Shown in pieces: positions 8,693 to 17,098 of a DNA stretch of 52,857 nt. Position numbers and translations under genes: made by a program. Source of the DNA: a virus (lineage: Duplodnaviria; Caudoviricetes); IMG/VR virus record IMGVR_UViG_3300045970_000732, positions 1 to 52,857 of that record; one strand, given 5' to 3'. Under the pieces are notes generated by a model. The model was not told the origin of the DNA and made no database searches. It was given only the letters and a program-made list of their open reading frames with translations. The stretch's first letter is position 1. Each line of letters begins with the position of its first letter.

Positions 8693-8693
8693 G
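8582..8693. repeat. Three 21-nt direct repeats bracketed by two identical 13-nt repeats
   Basis: TTTGGCGACAGGTTAGTGTCT at 8598-8618 and 8649-8669, variant TTTGGCGACGGGCTAGCGTCT at 8623-8643; GAGATGGTCTCTG at 8582-8594 and 8681-8693. Confidence 0.95.
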
Positions 8694-8696
8694 TGA

Positions 8697-8704
8697 TATT
8701 TATA
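8697..8704 (-). promoter_or_regulatory. T4-type late promoter TATAAATA with no protein gene downstream
   Basis: Exact consensus, oriented into the non-coding structured interval. Confidence 0.7.
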
Positions 8705-8728
8705 GCGATAAAACGAGTGAAAATATTT

Positions 8729-9178
8729 CTATTTCACCTTTTTCATCAGGATTTCATCGGGGTGTTCAACCGGGGGCAAAAACTTGACTCCGGAGATTAT
8801 ACCGTTGAAGTATTTTCTGGTTCCATCAGGCATCCTTGCCCGTAGAACTTCTTCTGTTATTTGGTAGCGAACCTCAGCATAAACCAGTGAGGCACGGGTC
8901 TTGTGTAGGGACTCGATTTCAAACCTGAACTTATCCTTCCCAACAAGCTCAATGGCTTTGTTGATGTGGGTGGACGAACTGGTATAGGTCTTCCAGTCAG
9001 ATTCTTTGATTACTTTTTTCTTATTCACTTTACCCTTGACTGCCTTTCGCAGGTGCTGGTGGAACTGTTTTTTGCCGATATATTCTTTGCCGGTGGCAAT
9101 CTCGGTGATCCGATAGATGAAACCGAACCATTCCGTGATGTCGAACTCATGCTTGAATTCCCAGTGACCTTTGTCCAT
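8729..9178 (-). CDS. Single-domain GIY-YIG nuclease-family protein (149 aa)
   Basis: FGFIYRIT..TGKEYIGKK..ESDWKTYTSSS..YAE..FNG.I; no appended DNA-binding domain. GAGG RBS and CATAAATA (9194-9201) upstream. Confidence 0.85.
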   Translation of the reverse strand: MDKGHWEFKHEFDITEWFGFIYRITEIATGKEYIGKKQFHQHLRKAVKGKVNKKKVIKESDWKTYTSSSTHINKAIELVGKDKFRFEIESLHKTRASLVYAEVRYQITEEVLRARMPDGTRKYFNGIISGVKFLPPVEHPDEILMKKVK

Positions 9179-9193
9179 AAAATACCCTCGCGG

Positions 9194-9201
9194 TATTTAT
9201 G
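9194..9201 (-). promoter_or_regulatory. Late promoter variant CATAAATA
   Basis: TAAATA core in the gap between gp46 and the GIY-YIG gene. Confidence 0.55.
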
Positions 9202-9215
9202 CGTGTGTATGGTTC

Positions 9216-11300
9216 TCATTCGTTTTCCGTATCCGCATCAGTTGAGTAGCTTGTGAACCCGTTGCTTTTCACAACTCGGAGAACCGAACTCACTCGTGAA
9301 GCCAGATCGTCCTTGTGACTGATCAACCATATGGATTTGTGCCGATTTCGTGAGAGGTCCTTTAGCACGCCAATGGAGTTTTCAACGCCCACTGAGTCGG
9401 TACCGTTATCAAGCAGTTCGTCAATGAACATGACATTGATTGGCTTGTATAGGTTCTCCCACACATCGCGGAATGCCCACGACAGCGCCAAGATAACGCG
9501 ATTCATCTCACCCCGTGACAGGTTATGGAAGTCAAGGTCACGCCCAAGCTCTGTGATCTGAACATTCAGGTCATTTTGGAACAGCACTTGATGTGGTAAA
9601 CCGATCTTGTCGAGGTAGTGGGTCATGCGCTGATTCAGGTATGACAGATTCTGGTCAATGATTTTCTTTCTGACGAACGAATCCTTGCTTGTCAGCAGGT
9701 CCAGTAGGAACTTTTGATGCTCCATGGTCTTGTTCATGGCGTTCATGGCGTCAAAAGACACAACCTGAATGGCCTTGGTCTCCATATCCACGATCTGTTC
9801 GGCATACGGGTCAGACTCCTGGTGTTTTGACTCAATCTGGCTGATAAGACTGTCAACCCGGGTGTTGTGTTCAACCGCCTCAACCTCAGTATCATACACC
9901 GTCTTTGGTGGTAGACCTACTGGGACAACCTCAGGCAGCAACTCGGCGATGTGTTCAGCATACGGGTCAACCTCGTTGACCTTCAGTTCAATCTTGGCTA
10001 ATAACGAATCGCTCTCGCTACTGTGGCGGATAGCCTCAGCTTCGGTGCGATAGTGAGTAGAGGGCATCTTGCCAAGCACGACCAGTTCAGCCTCAATCCC
10101 AGATACAAGCGCTTGCGCCTGTGTCAGGTGATTCACGGCGAACGCCAGTGAGGCCTCTTTAGCCTTGACCACATCAGTGTGTTTCTCATCATGGAGGTCC
10201 TGTCCGCAGGCATAGCACTTGTGTTCTTGCAGAGAGGCAAGCTCACCCTCAATCTTGACACGATCATTGGTGTAGCGAACGATATCGGCTCGTCCCCGTT
10301 TCAGTTCAATGTCCTGTGCGGCCTTGTCTCGCACCCGTTGGTTATACTCGGCAACCTCGCGATGTTTGATCAGTTCGGCATCAATGTCAACCCGGTGCAT
10401 TTTCACAGCATCAGCCCGCAGCACCGCAACATCCCGATCACGCTTCTCAGACCAGGCGGTCTGTCTGGCAACCAAGGCGGTGTAGGTGTCAAAGACACTC
10501 TTGTGTTGATTGTAGATCACCAAGTCTCTATGAGCCTGTAGCTCGGCAACAATGTCAATCTTTGAGAGGTCGTCGTATTTTGTGACAAGCGCCTGTAGAT
10601 CAGTCTCCTGCTTCGCCGCCCATAACCGTTGCCGCCTCTTCAGGTTTTCAATCTGTTCAGCAATACGGACATTGGCATCTTCAATCGCCTTCACCCGAAA
10701 CTCTTCGGTCTTGATGGCATCCTTACTTGTGGTCAGTAGACCCTTCACAATCTCGGCCTTCTCAGACAGGATGGTGATACCAAGCAGTTGTTCAATGATG
10801 TCTCGTTGATCACCAGCAGCCATTGCCAGAAACGGCTTGGTGTAGGTGTTCAGAGCAACGATGTGTTGGAACATATCCGCTGACATGTTGATGATCTTCT
10901 CAATCGCCGCCTGAGTTTCTTTGTTCTCTCCTTGAGCATCGTCTGGGGTTTTCAACAGGTTGCTGTTCACATAAAACTTCAGAATATTGGGACGGCGACC
11001 ACGCTCAATCTTGTATTCAACGCTGTCAATGCTGAACTCAAGCGTGACCAACATGCCCTTGGCATTGGTTCGGTTGATCAGGTTGTCCTTGCGGATACCG
11101 TTGATGGGCACACCGAAGAGGGCATATGACAGGCCTTGGATGAGCGAGGTTTTTCCGGTGCCGTTACGAGCACCATCACCACCCAAGTCCAGATTGTCCC
11201 CAAGGATCAGTGTCAGGTCTTGTCGGTCAAAATTGACCGCTTGCGTGATCGCCCCGATACTAAGGAAGTTCCGGAGGGTGATATTTTTTATTTTGATCAT
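9216..11300 (-). CDS. gp46: Recombination endonuclease ATPase subunit (T4 gp46 / Rad50 / SbcC-like)
   Basis: RNFLSIG, Walker A RNGTGKTS, Zn-hook CYAC, signature LSRGE, Walker B FIDELLD, H-loop LISH. Confidence 0.95.
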   Translation of the reverse strand: MIKIKNITLRNFLSIGAITQAVNFDRQDLTLILGDNLDLGGDGARNGTGKTSLIQGLSYALFGVPINGIRKDNLINRTNAKGMLVTLEFSIDSVEYKIERGRRPNILKFYVNSNLLKTPDDAQGENKETQAAIEKIINMSADMFQHIVALNTYTKPFLAMAAGDQRDIIEQLLGITILSEKAEIVKGLLTTSKDAIKTEEFRVKAIEDANVRIAEQIENLKRRQRLWAAKQETDLQALVTKYDDLSKIDIVAELQAHRDLVIYNQHKSVFDTYTALVARQTAWSEKRDRDVAVLRADAVKMHRVDIDAELIKHREVAEYNQRVRDKAAQDIELKRGRADIVRYTNDRVKIEGELASLQEHKCYACGQDLHDEKHTDVVKAKEASLAFAVNHLTQAQALVSGIEAELVVLGKMPSTHYRTEAEAIRHSSESDSLLAKIELKVNEVDPYAEHIAELLPEVVPVGLPPKTVYDTEVEAVEHNTRVDSLISQIESKHQESDPYAEQIVDMETKAIQVVSFDAMNAMNKTMEHQKFLLDLLTSKDSFVRKKIIDQNLSYLNQRMTHYLDKIGLPHQVLFQNDLNVQITELGRDLDFHNLSRGEMNRVILALSWAFRDVWENLYKPINVMFIDELLDNGTDSVGVENSIGVLKDLSRNRHKSIWLISHKDDLASRVSSVLRVVKSNGFTSYSTDADTENE

Positions 11301-12313
11301 AGCTTGGAGTAGATTTCCCGTAGAATTTTGGTGTCGATTGTCTTGCTTTCAATCTTGTCGATGCTCTCAATGATAATCTGGTCCACAGACTCAAACTTGA
11401 TATCACCTGTTGCCCCCTCGCCAGTGACCTGATCAGCCCTCATGGGTATCAGCGTCATTTCACGGATGTTGTATTCGGGTATGAGGGTGTCTCGTATGAA
11501 GTTCGCTTCTTCGTAACTGATGTCGATGTCCAGATGAACACGAGCATGGGTGTTGGGTAGGAGTAACTCTTTGGTTTTCTCCAAAACATCACTGAGCTTG
11601 AACACACGGTATATGGGTTGATCCGGCCATGAGTGAAACTCGGGTGTTTGTCCCCATTCCAGGATCATCATACCACGAGCATCGTCATTGGCATCAGCGT
11701 AGTTATGTGGGAAGGCGTTTCCGATATACCAGATGTTTTTCTTTGCTTGTCGCTTATGAAAGTGACCGCTGAATACTGTTCCAGTTGATCCAAAATCATC
11801 AAGACTGATAATACCATGATCGGGCATCACGATTTGGGCATTCATCAGGAAGTGGGGTAGCTCAAAATGACCAAAAGTGTATGTTGACTTGATCTTTTTG
11901 ACAGTGGCAAGATCATCACCTACCATCCATGGGCAGAACGAGACATTGCCATCGGTGATGATGTCATTCACCACCGTGACATTGGGTAGGTAACCAGCCC
12001 ATGCAACAGAATGGATGTCCCGCTTCTCACGATAGAACAGGTCATGATTTCCTGTGATGAAAAATACCTGAGAAAAGTTCGCATTCAGGATGTCAAGAGC
12101 CTGCATGGAGTAGTGAAGCGTTTGGATGTTGATAGCAGCCCGATGATTATGCCAATCACCACATACGATTGCGGTGTCGCATCCATTAGACTTGGCTGTT
12201 GTGACGAACCATCTGATGAACGCGACACAATCCTCGTTGTGAACCACACTGTTGCCCTTGAGTCCAAGATGAAGGTCCGTGAGAACCGCTGCTTTTTTGA
12301 ATAAATTTGCCAT
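11297..12313 (-). CDS. gp47: Recombination endonuclease nuclease subunit (T4 gp47 / Mre11 / SbcD-like)
   Basis: Phosphoesterase motifs TDLHLG, GDWH, GNHD, GHFE, SGHFH; ATGA-type coupling to gp46. Confidence 0.95.
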   Translation of the reverse strand: MANLFKKAAVLTDLHLGLKGNSVVHNEDCVAFIRWFVTTAKSNGCDTAIVCGDWHNHRAAINIQTLHYSMQALDILNANFSQVFFITGNHDLFYREKRDIHSVAWAGYLPNVTVVNDIITDGNVSFCPWMVGDDLATVKKIKSTYTFGHFELPHFLMNAQIVMPDHGIISLDDFGSTGTVFSGHFHKRQAKKNIWYIGNAFPHNYADANDDARGMMILEWGQTPEFHSWPDQPIYRVFKLSDVLEKTKELLLPNTHARVHLDIDISYEEANFIRDTLIPEYNIREMTLIPMRADQVTGEGATGDIKFESVDQIIIESIDKIESKTIDTKILREIYSKL

Positions 12314-12361
12314 GTGTTAGTATACACTTTCCGAGGAGAAACCTCAATAGTATTGGAAGAA

Positions 12362-13273
12362 TCACTCCTCGAAGTGGGTAGCACCGTTTCCACTGTTTGC
12401 CTGTCTTGACCACGATGGGTTCAGGTTGTTCATCTGTAGAATGTCGTCCCTGATGTTTTGTGATCGTTTTTCAGTGTTCAACACCCGACAGAACGAATTG
12501 GTAATGGCTGCTGTATAGTACGCAAACGGGTTCGCTGACTTTGCTTCATTGAAGCGTAAACCGACATAGGTAAGCTGTAAAATCGCACTGTTCTGCATCT
12601 CATCCCTGTAGGTGTATCCTCTCCAGTTGTATTTCATGGCGTATTTTTCGCATAGCATGATATACATTCGGGCAAGCTTGTTCGTGATCTGTCCATGATC
12701 CTTGCTGAACGATCCTGTGACCAGGTCACCTTTCCAGTGTGAGTGTCCGATACACACGGCGGTGTTGGTGTCGTCAAAATGGTAATGTTTGAATGGTGGG
12801 AAGTTGACCTTGACATGAACCATGTCGTCCACTTCGGCTTTGGTTGAGACATCCTCTAGATCAGCAAAAATCTCATCTGGGTCATCTTCAAACTCAATGA
12901 TGTCCTTTGCTGTTCGTTTTTTCACCGTTTTGCGTGGTTGCTTCGGTGCCACTGGTATGTGTTCCCATGTCATGACCCTGAAGACAAGGTCCGTTATTGG
13001 TATGGTCAACGGGTCAACCGAATCTTTCACCCCTGCTTCAAGACTTAGCCGTGTGGCACGAGCCTCTCGGGCAAGCTGTATATTTTCGGGTCGCATAGCA
13101 TACGCCAAACAGTCATCAACTGATGCCTGAGGCATGTTGACGATCAGATCGTATCGGTGATGTTCTGGTCCGGTGTAGTGACAGTATGTGTTCTTGCTGG
13201 CATGAATTTCCTTGAGGATGTCACGATTGTTCAAGTAGTTGACGGGTTTTCTCGGGGCTGGTAGTAGTGACAT
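12362..13273 (-). CDS. gp55: Late-transcription sigma factor (T4 gp55-like)
   Basis: NYLNN.D, NWRGYTYRDEM, F...KS.NPFAYYT...NSF motifs; gp55-gp47-gp46 order. AAGGAG RBS before ATG 13273. Confidence 0.9.
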   Translation of the reverse strand: MSLLPAPRKPVNYLNNRDILKEIHASKNTYCHYTGPEHHRYDLIVNMPQASVDDCLAYAMRPENIQLAREARATRLSLEAGVKDSVDPLTIPITDLVFRVMTWEHIPVAPKQPRKTVKKRTAKDIIEFEDDPDEIFADLEDVSTKAEVDDMVHVKVNFPPFKHYHFDDTNTAVCIGHSHWKGDLVTGSFSKDHGQITNKLARMYIMLCEKYAMKYNWRGYTYRDEMQNSAILQLTYVGLRFNEAKSANPFAYYTAAITNSFCRVLNTEKRSQNIRDDILQMNNLNPSWSRQANSGNGATHFEE

Positions 13274-13301
13274 GGTTCTCCTTGATGTTATACTGTATAT
13301 T

Positions 13302-13330
13302 AGTATAGCACAACGGCCGCCCGAATACAA
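13302..13330 (-). promoter_or_regulatory. Sigma70-type promoter for the gp55-gp47-gp46 operon
   Basis: Minus strand TTGTAT-N17-TATACT with an extended -10 TG. Confidence 0.65.
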
Positions 13331-13350
13331 GTAAAAAGGTTAGGGTAGTA

Positions 13351-13379
13351 TATTTATCACCTTTCCGTTACGATAAATA
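13351..13379. promoter_or_regulatory. Divergent late promoters GATAAATA (- at 13351-13358; + at 13372-13379)
   Basis: Two TAAATA cores at the strand switch between gp55 and the baseplate operon. Confidence 0.6.
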
Positions 13380-13398
13380 CAGATACAGGAATACAACC

Positions 13399-14391
13399 AT
13401 GGCATTCACCCCAACCCCATCTTCTACCATAGTCGCCTCCCCTCCGACGACAAGCGTGTTCGATGCGTCAGCGGATGCTAAAGGAACGCGGTCATCAGCC
13501 CCGACTATCACTGATGAGGAAGCGATGGCACAACAACGAGCAACCGCCGAAATCGCAAATGAGAACACGCGCTTGACGAATCGTGGAATCTCTGTTCAGT
13601 TACGAAACACCCAAGAAGCTGCGGCAGCATCCTTTTCACAAAAGTCCGATTGGAGAGTCCGCCTCAGCCTTGCTCCAGGTGCGGACTACTTATATAGAGC
13701 CAAGACACCAGGGATTCTGGCTCCGCTTGTAGAGACTGATGGCATTATTTTTCCATACACTCCTACAGTGCAGGTTCAATACGCCGCCCAATACGACCCG
13801 GCAACACTCACTCATTCTAACTACAAGCTTTTTCAGTATGGATCCAGTAGTGTTGACAATATTCAAGTTACCTGTGAATTTACTGCTCAGGATACATACG
13901 AGGCAAACTACTTATTGGCGGTAGTACACTTTCTAAGGTCAGCGACAAAAATGTTCTATGGTAAAGATAGCGCACCACGTGCCGGAACACCCCCGCCGCT
14001 GTGTTATCTGACAGGGTTCGGGCAGTTTCAATTTGATTCTCATCCACTTGTAATCAACTCATTCAACTACTCATTACCGAATGAAGTTGACTACATCCGA
14101 GCCGACTCAAAGGCAACGGACACCGGAAGAATATCTGGCTTTGCTGTTGGTCCGGCCGCTGACAGAATAGCAGCTTCTGGTTTGAAATTAGGTGCCGCTG
14201 CAAAACCACCGCAATTCAACTACTCATCGGGAACAAATACACAAGCCACGTATGTTCCTACCAAAATGCAAATATCGTTCTCTGCCCACCCAATCGTCAC
14301 ACGAAATGACATTAGTAAGAACTTCAGTCTCGGCGAGTATGCTACTGGTAAGCTCACACAACATTCTGGTAACTCTGGAGGTATTTGGTAA
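13399..14391 (+). CDS. Baseplate/tail-tube-associated protein (gp48/gp54-like)
   Basis: DWRVRLSL, IFPYTP, TKMFYG..GTPPP, F...P.VI.SF...LP..VDY: tube-fold-type motifs; first gene of the baseplate operon, ahead of gp53. Confidence 0.55.
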   Translation: MAFTPTPSSTIVASPPTTSVFDASADAKGTRSSAPTITDEEAMAQQRATAEIANENTRLTNRGISVQLRNTQEAAAASFSQKSDWRVRLSLAPGADYLYRAKTPGILAPLVETDGIIFPYTPTVQVQYAAQYDPATLTHSNYKLFQYGSSSVDNIQVTCEFTAQDTYEANYLLAVVHFLRSATKMFYGKDSAPRAGTPPPLCYLTGFGQFQFDSHPLVINSFNYSLPNEVDYIRADSKATDTGRISGFAVGPAADRIAASGLKLGAAAKPPQFNYSSGTNTQATYVPTKMQISFSAHPIVTRNDISKNFSLGEYATGKLTQHSGNSGGIW

Positions 14392-14693
14392 TGTCAATGT
14401 ATTCCTCAGCAAGTCCGTACTTTTCGACTGATGCTGTTAACAACAAATTCCTGGATATTATGACCAATAGGCCGGTACCGGCGCTAGTAGACGATGTATA
14501 CTGGGAAATAACCCCAGTATACAATCAACGACCTGATCTTCTCGCTCACGATCTATATAACAATTCAAAGTTGTGGTGGGTGTTCGCAAGCAGGAACCCT
14601 AATCGTCTTATGGATCCGTTGTTTGATTTTACAACTGGCACTGGAATTTACTTACCAAAAATAGAAACGCTGCAATCGGCACTGGGGATATAA
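14391..14693 (+). CDS. gp53: Baseplate wedge protein (T4 gp53-like, LysM-like)
   Basis: RPDLLAHDLYNNSKLWWVF..RN motif; TAATG coupling at both ends. Confidence 0.8.
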   Translation: MSMYSSASPYFSTDAVNNKFLDIMTNRPVPALVDDVYWEITPVYNQRPDLLAHDLYNNSKLWWVFASRNPNRLMDPLFDFTTGTGIYLPKIETLQSALGI

Positions 14694-17095
14694 TGGCAAC
14701 ACGCATATTCACTGAGGCAGAACTCAAGTGGCTAGGTGGTGCCGATAGCACTGATCCGATAATACTGGCCAGAATGGATGCAGCACTTGGGAAGGTGTCA
14801 AGTGCTGAACCAACCGCAGGCGCCGGAAGAATGGGAGGTGACCGCGGCCAATCTGATGCGCCACGTACATTACCGCCCGAAGCCGATGACGACAGAAGCA
14901 AAACATCGTCACCTACGGTAACTCCTCAGACTACTACTAAGAAACAAGACAAGGATAAACCAGGTGTTAGAACATACAACCCGCTTAGTAAATTTTCGAG
15001 CTATACATACCAGATAACACTGTATATGATTACGCCGGATGCATATAACATATTCAATGATTCCGGGCGGCGCAATATTAGCATGTTGAATGCTCAAACC
15101 GATAACAAAGCTGGTGGCTCATTTATAATAGCACAAAGCGGTGGTGTATCATCTGATAACCCTAACGATCAACGCGCCCCGGGATTTGATTTAGATTTTT
15201 ACATAGATGATCTAACAATACGGTCATGGATTACTGCCCCATCATCTGGATCAGAGGCTAACACCACAAAGATAGAGTTCACGATAAAGGAACCATATGG
15301 TTTCTCGTTTATGACAAGCTTGAAAAAAGCCGCCGATGCCGTAAGCTCTTATTCCAAGATAATCGGAATCGACACCATAGAGAATGCTACTCGCCAGATA
15401 TTCATTCTTGGCGTTCGTTTCCAGGGGTATGATAAGGACGGAAAGGCGTTGTCCAGTAAGACCACGTTTAGTGATGACACGTTTACACACGGGGATTCGC
15501 AGGGCATTTTTGAACGCTTTATTGATATAGCCATAACCAAGATTGCTTTTAAGATAGATGGGATGGTAACTACTTATAGGTGTTCCGGAGTTACACTGCA
15601 GCCAGGCACTGCTTTTGGCACCAAGAGGGGCGCTATTACCGCTCCCGGTCAAATAGTTGCATCTACTCTTGCTGGTGCGTTAGGTGTCAAAGGCAACGCC
15701 GAAGAATCACACGCTGGAGTCCTGAGTCTTATGGATGTTCTTAAGGCAAACGAAAAGGCTAATGAAGCAAAACAAGGGACAACAAAAGGATTCGAGTCAA
15801 ATACTTATGAGGTCACCTTTGTCGGAAATCCAACTCATGTAAGTGATCTTAGGAATGCCAAGATGTCGCATTCGTCTGCCATTGACATAATCAAAAACGC
15901 CCCGGCCAGCAACGTGTCTAAATCGTCAGACTCTACTGCTGCGACATCCACGGATATAAGCAAGAATTTGGTATCCATAAAATTTGACGCCGGCGAACCA
16001 ATACTGAAAATAATTAGAAAACTTGTGATCAATAGTGATTATGCGAATAGGGCCCTCAATGTCATAAGTGCCACAGAGAAAGAAGCTGTTACCGGGCCAT
16101 CATCTAAAAATCCTTCTCCTAAGGACATCAAATGGTATCATGTTAGTGCAGATGTTAGATACAAGAAATGGGATCCAGCAAGAAATGACTGGGTTCTTCA
16201 CACCAATTATGTAATCGAACCGTATCTTACTCCCTCGATCACAAGTCCATACGTCAAGGTTTCTTCCGAGTCATATTATGGACCACACAAGAGATATGAC
16301 TATTGGTTCTCCGGTGAAAATACCGAAATCATAAAGTTTGAGCAAGTGTTGGATAACTCATACTATATGACTGTTCTTGACACTGACATTGAAGTCTCAC
16401 CTTCGGGGCCATCAGTTCAGCGCGGTCGTGCCAACGCCACTCAGGGCGCAGGAACTGGTGTTACTCAGGAAGCTAAAAATGACTTCTGGACTATAATCAA
16501 AGACCCTGCTTCATACACCAGAGCAAAAATCACAATACTTGGTGACCCTGATTTTCTGATGTCAGACTCAACTTCTGGTGTCGCTGAACTATATAACCTC
16601 TATTATGGGTCACAATCTACTGACTTCATAGTCAACCCCAACGGGAGTATGGTGTTTGTAGAAATAAATTTTAGTGAAGCGAAAGACTACAACAATGCCA
16701 GTGGCCTACTTGATATAAATCGTTCCATATCATTCTGGCAATATTCTCCTGAGATAATCGAGAAGTTACAACTGAAGGGTGTCGTTTACAAACTACTTCA
16801 AGTCGATTCGCGGTTTGTTGGTGGTAAATTTCAGCAAGACTTGCTTTGTACTATTCACACCTTTGATGACGCCACCACCCCTGCAACAAGAGAAGCTACT
16901 AAACCTACTGAGAATGCTGATGGTCGTGGTGTCAGCGCCCCGGCTGCGCCAGCAACTACCCGTACGGTTCCCAAACAAGAGATAAGTATTCCTGGCCTCA
17001 ATCTCACTGGAGTTCCTGATGCTCCTTTGTATGCGAACCCTGAATCAAAAAATCGGAACTTTGATAATTCGGGCAACCCAATACTCAGGAAATAA
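14693..17095 (+). CDS. Baseplate hub protein (gp27-like by position)
   Basis: 800 aa between gp53 and gp5; I.EPYG, ITILGDPDFL, GVVYKLLQVDSRFVGGKFQQ.L motifs typical of hub proteins. Confidence 0.55.
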   Translation: MATRIFTEAELKWLGGADSTDPIILARMDAALGKVSSAEPTAGAGRMGGDRGQSDAPRTLPPEADDDRSKTSSPTVTPQTTTKKQDKDKPGVRTYNPLSKFSSYTYQITLYMITPDAYNIFNDSGRRNISMLNAQTDNKAGGSFIIAQSGGVSSDNPNDQRAPGFDLDFYIDDLTIRSWITAPSSGSEANTTKIEFTIKEPYGFSFMTSLKKAADAVSSYSKIIGIDTIENATRQIFILGVRFQGYDKDGKALSSKTTFSDDTFTHGDSQGIFERFIDIAITKIAFKIDGMVTTYRCSGVTLQPGTAFGTKRGAITAPGQIVASTLAGALGVKGNAEESHAGVLSLMDVLKANEKANEAKQGTTKGFESNTYEVTFVGNPTHVSDLRNAKMSHSSAIDIIKNAPASNVSKSSDSTAATSTDISKNLVSIKFDAGEPILKIIRKLVINSDYANRALNVISATEKEAVTGPSSKNPSPKDIKWYHVSADVRYKKWDPARNDWVLHTNYVIEPYLTPSITSPYVKVSSESYYGPHKRYDYWFSGENTEIIKFEQVLDNSYYMTVLDTDIEVSPSGPSVQRGRANATQGAGTGVTQEAKNDFWTIIKDPASYTRAKITILGDPDFLMSDSTSGVAELYNLYYGSQSTDFIVNPNGSMVFVEINFSEAKDYNNASGLLDINRSISFWQYSPEIIEKLQLKGVVYKLLQVDSRFVGGKFQQDLLCTIHTFDDATTPATREATKPTENADGRGVSAPAAPATTRTVPKQEISIPGLNLTGVPDAPLYANPESKNRNFDNSGNPILRK

Positions 17096-17098
17096 TAT

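Noticed and set aside
8582-8693. CRISPR or guide-type array
   Set aside because: Repeats are separated by only 4-5 nt, there are no unique spacers, and no cas-like gene is in the window.
2087-13273. Inteins or introns in portal, gp46, gp47 or gp55
   Set aside because: No splice-junction motifs or frame breaks; the extra length of gp46 is explained by coiled-coil duplication.
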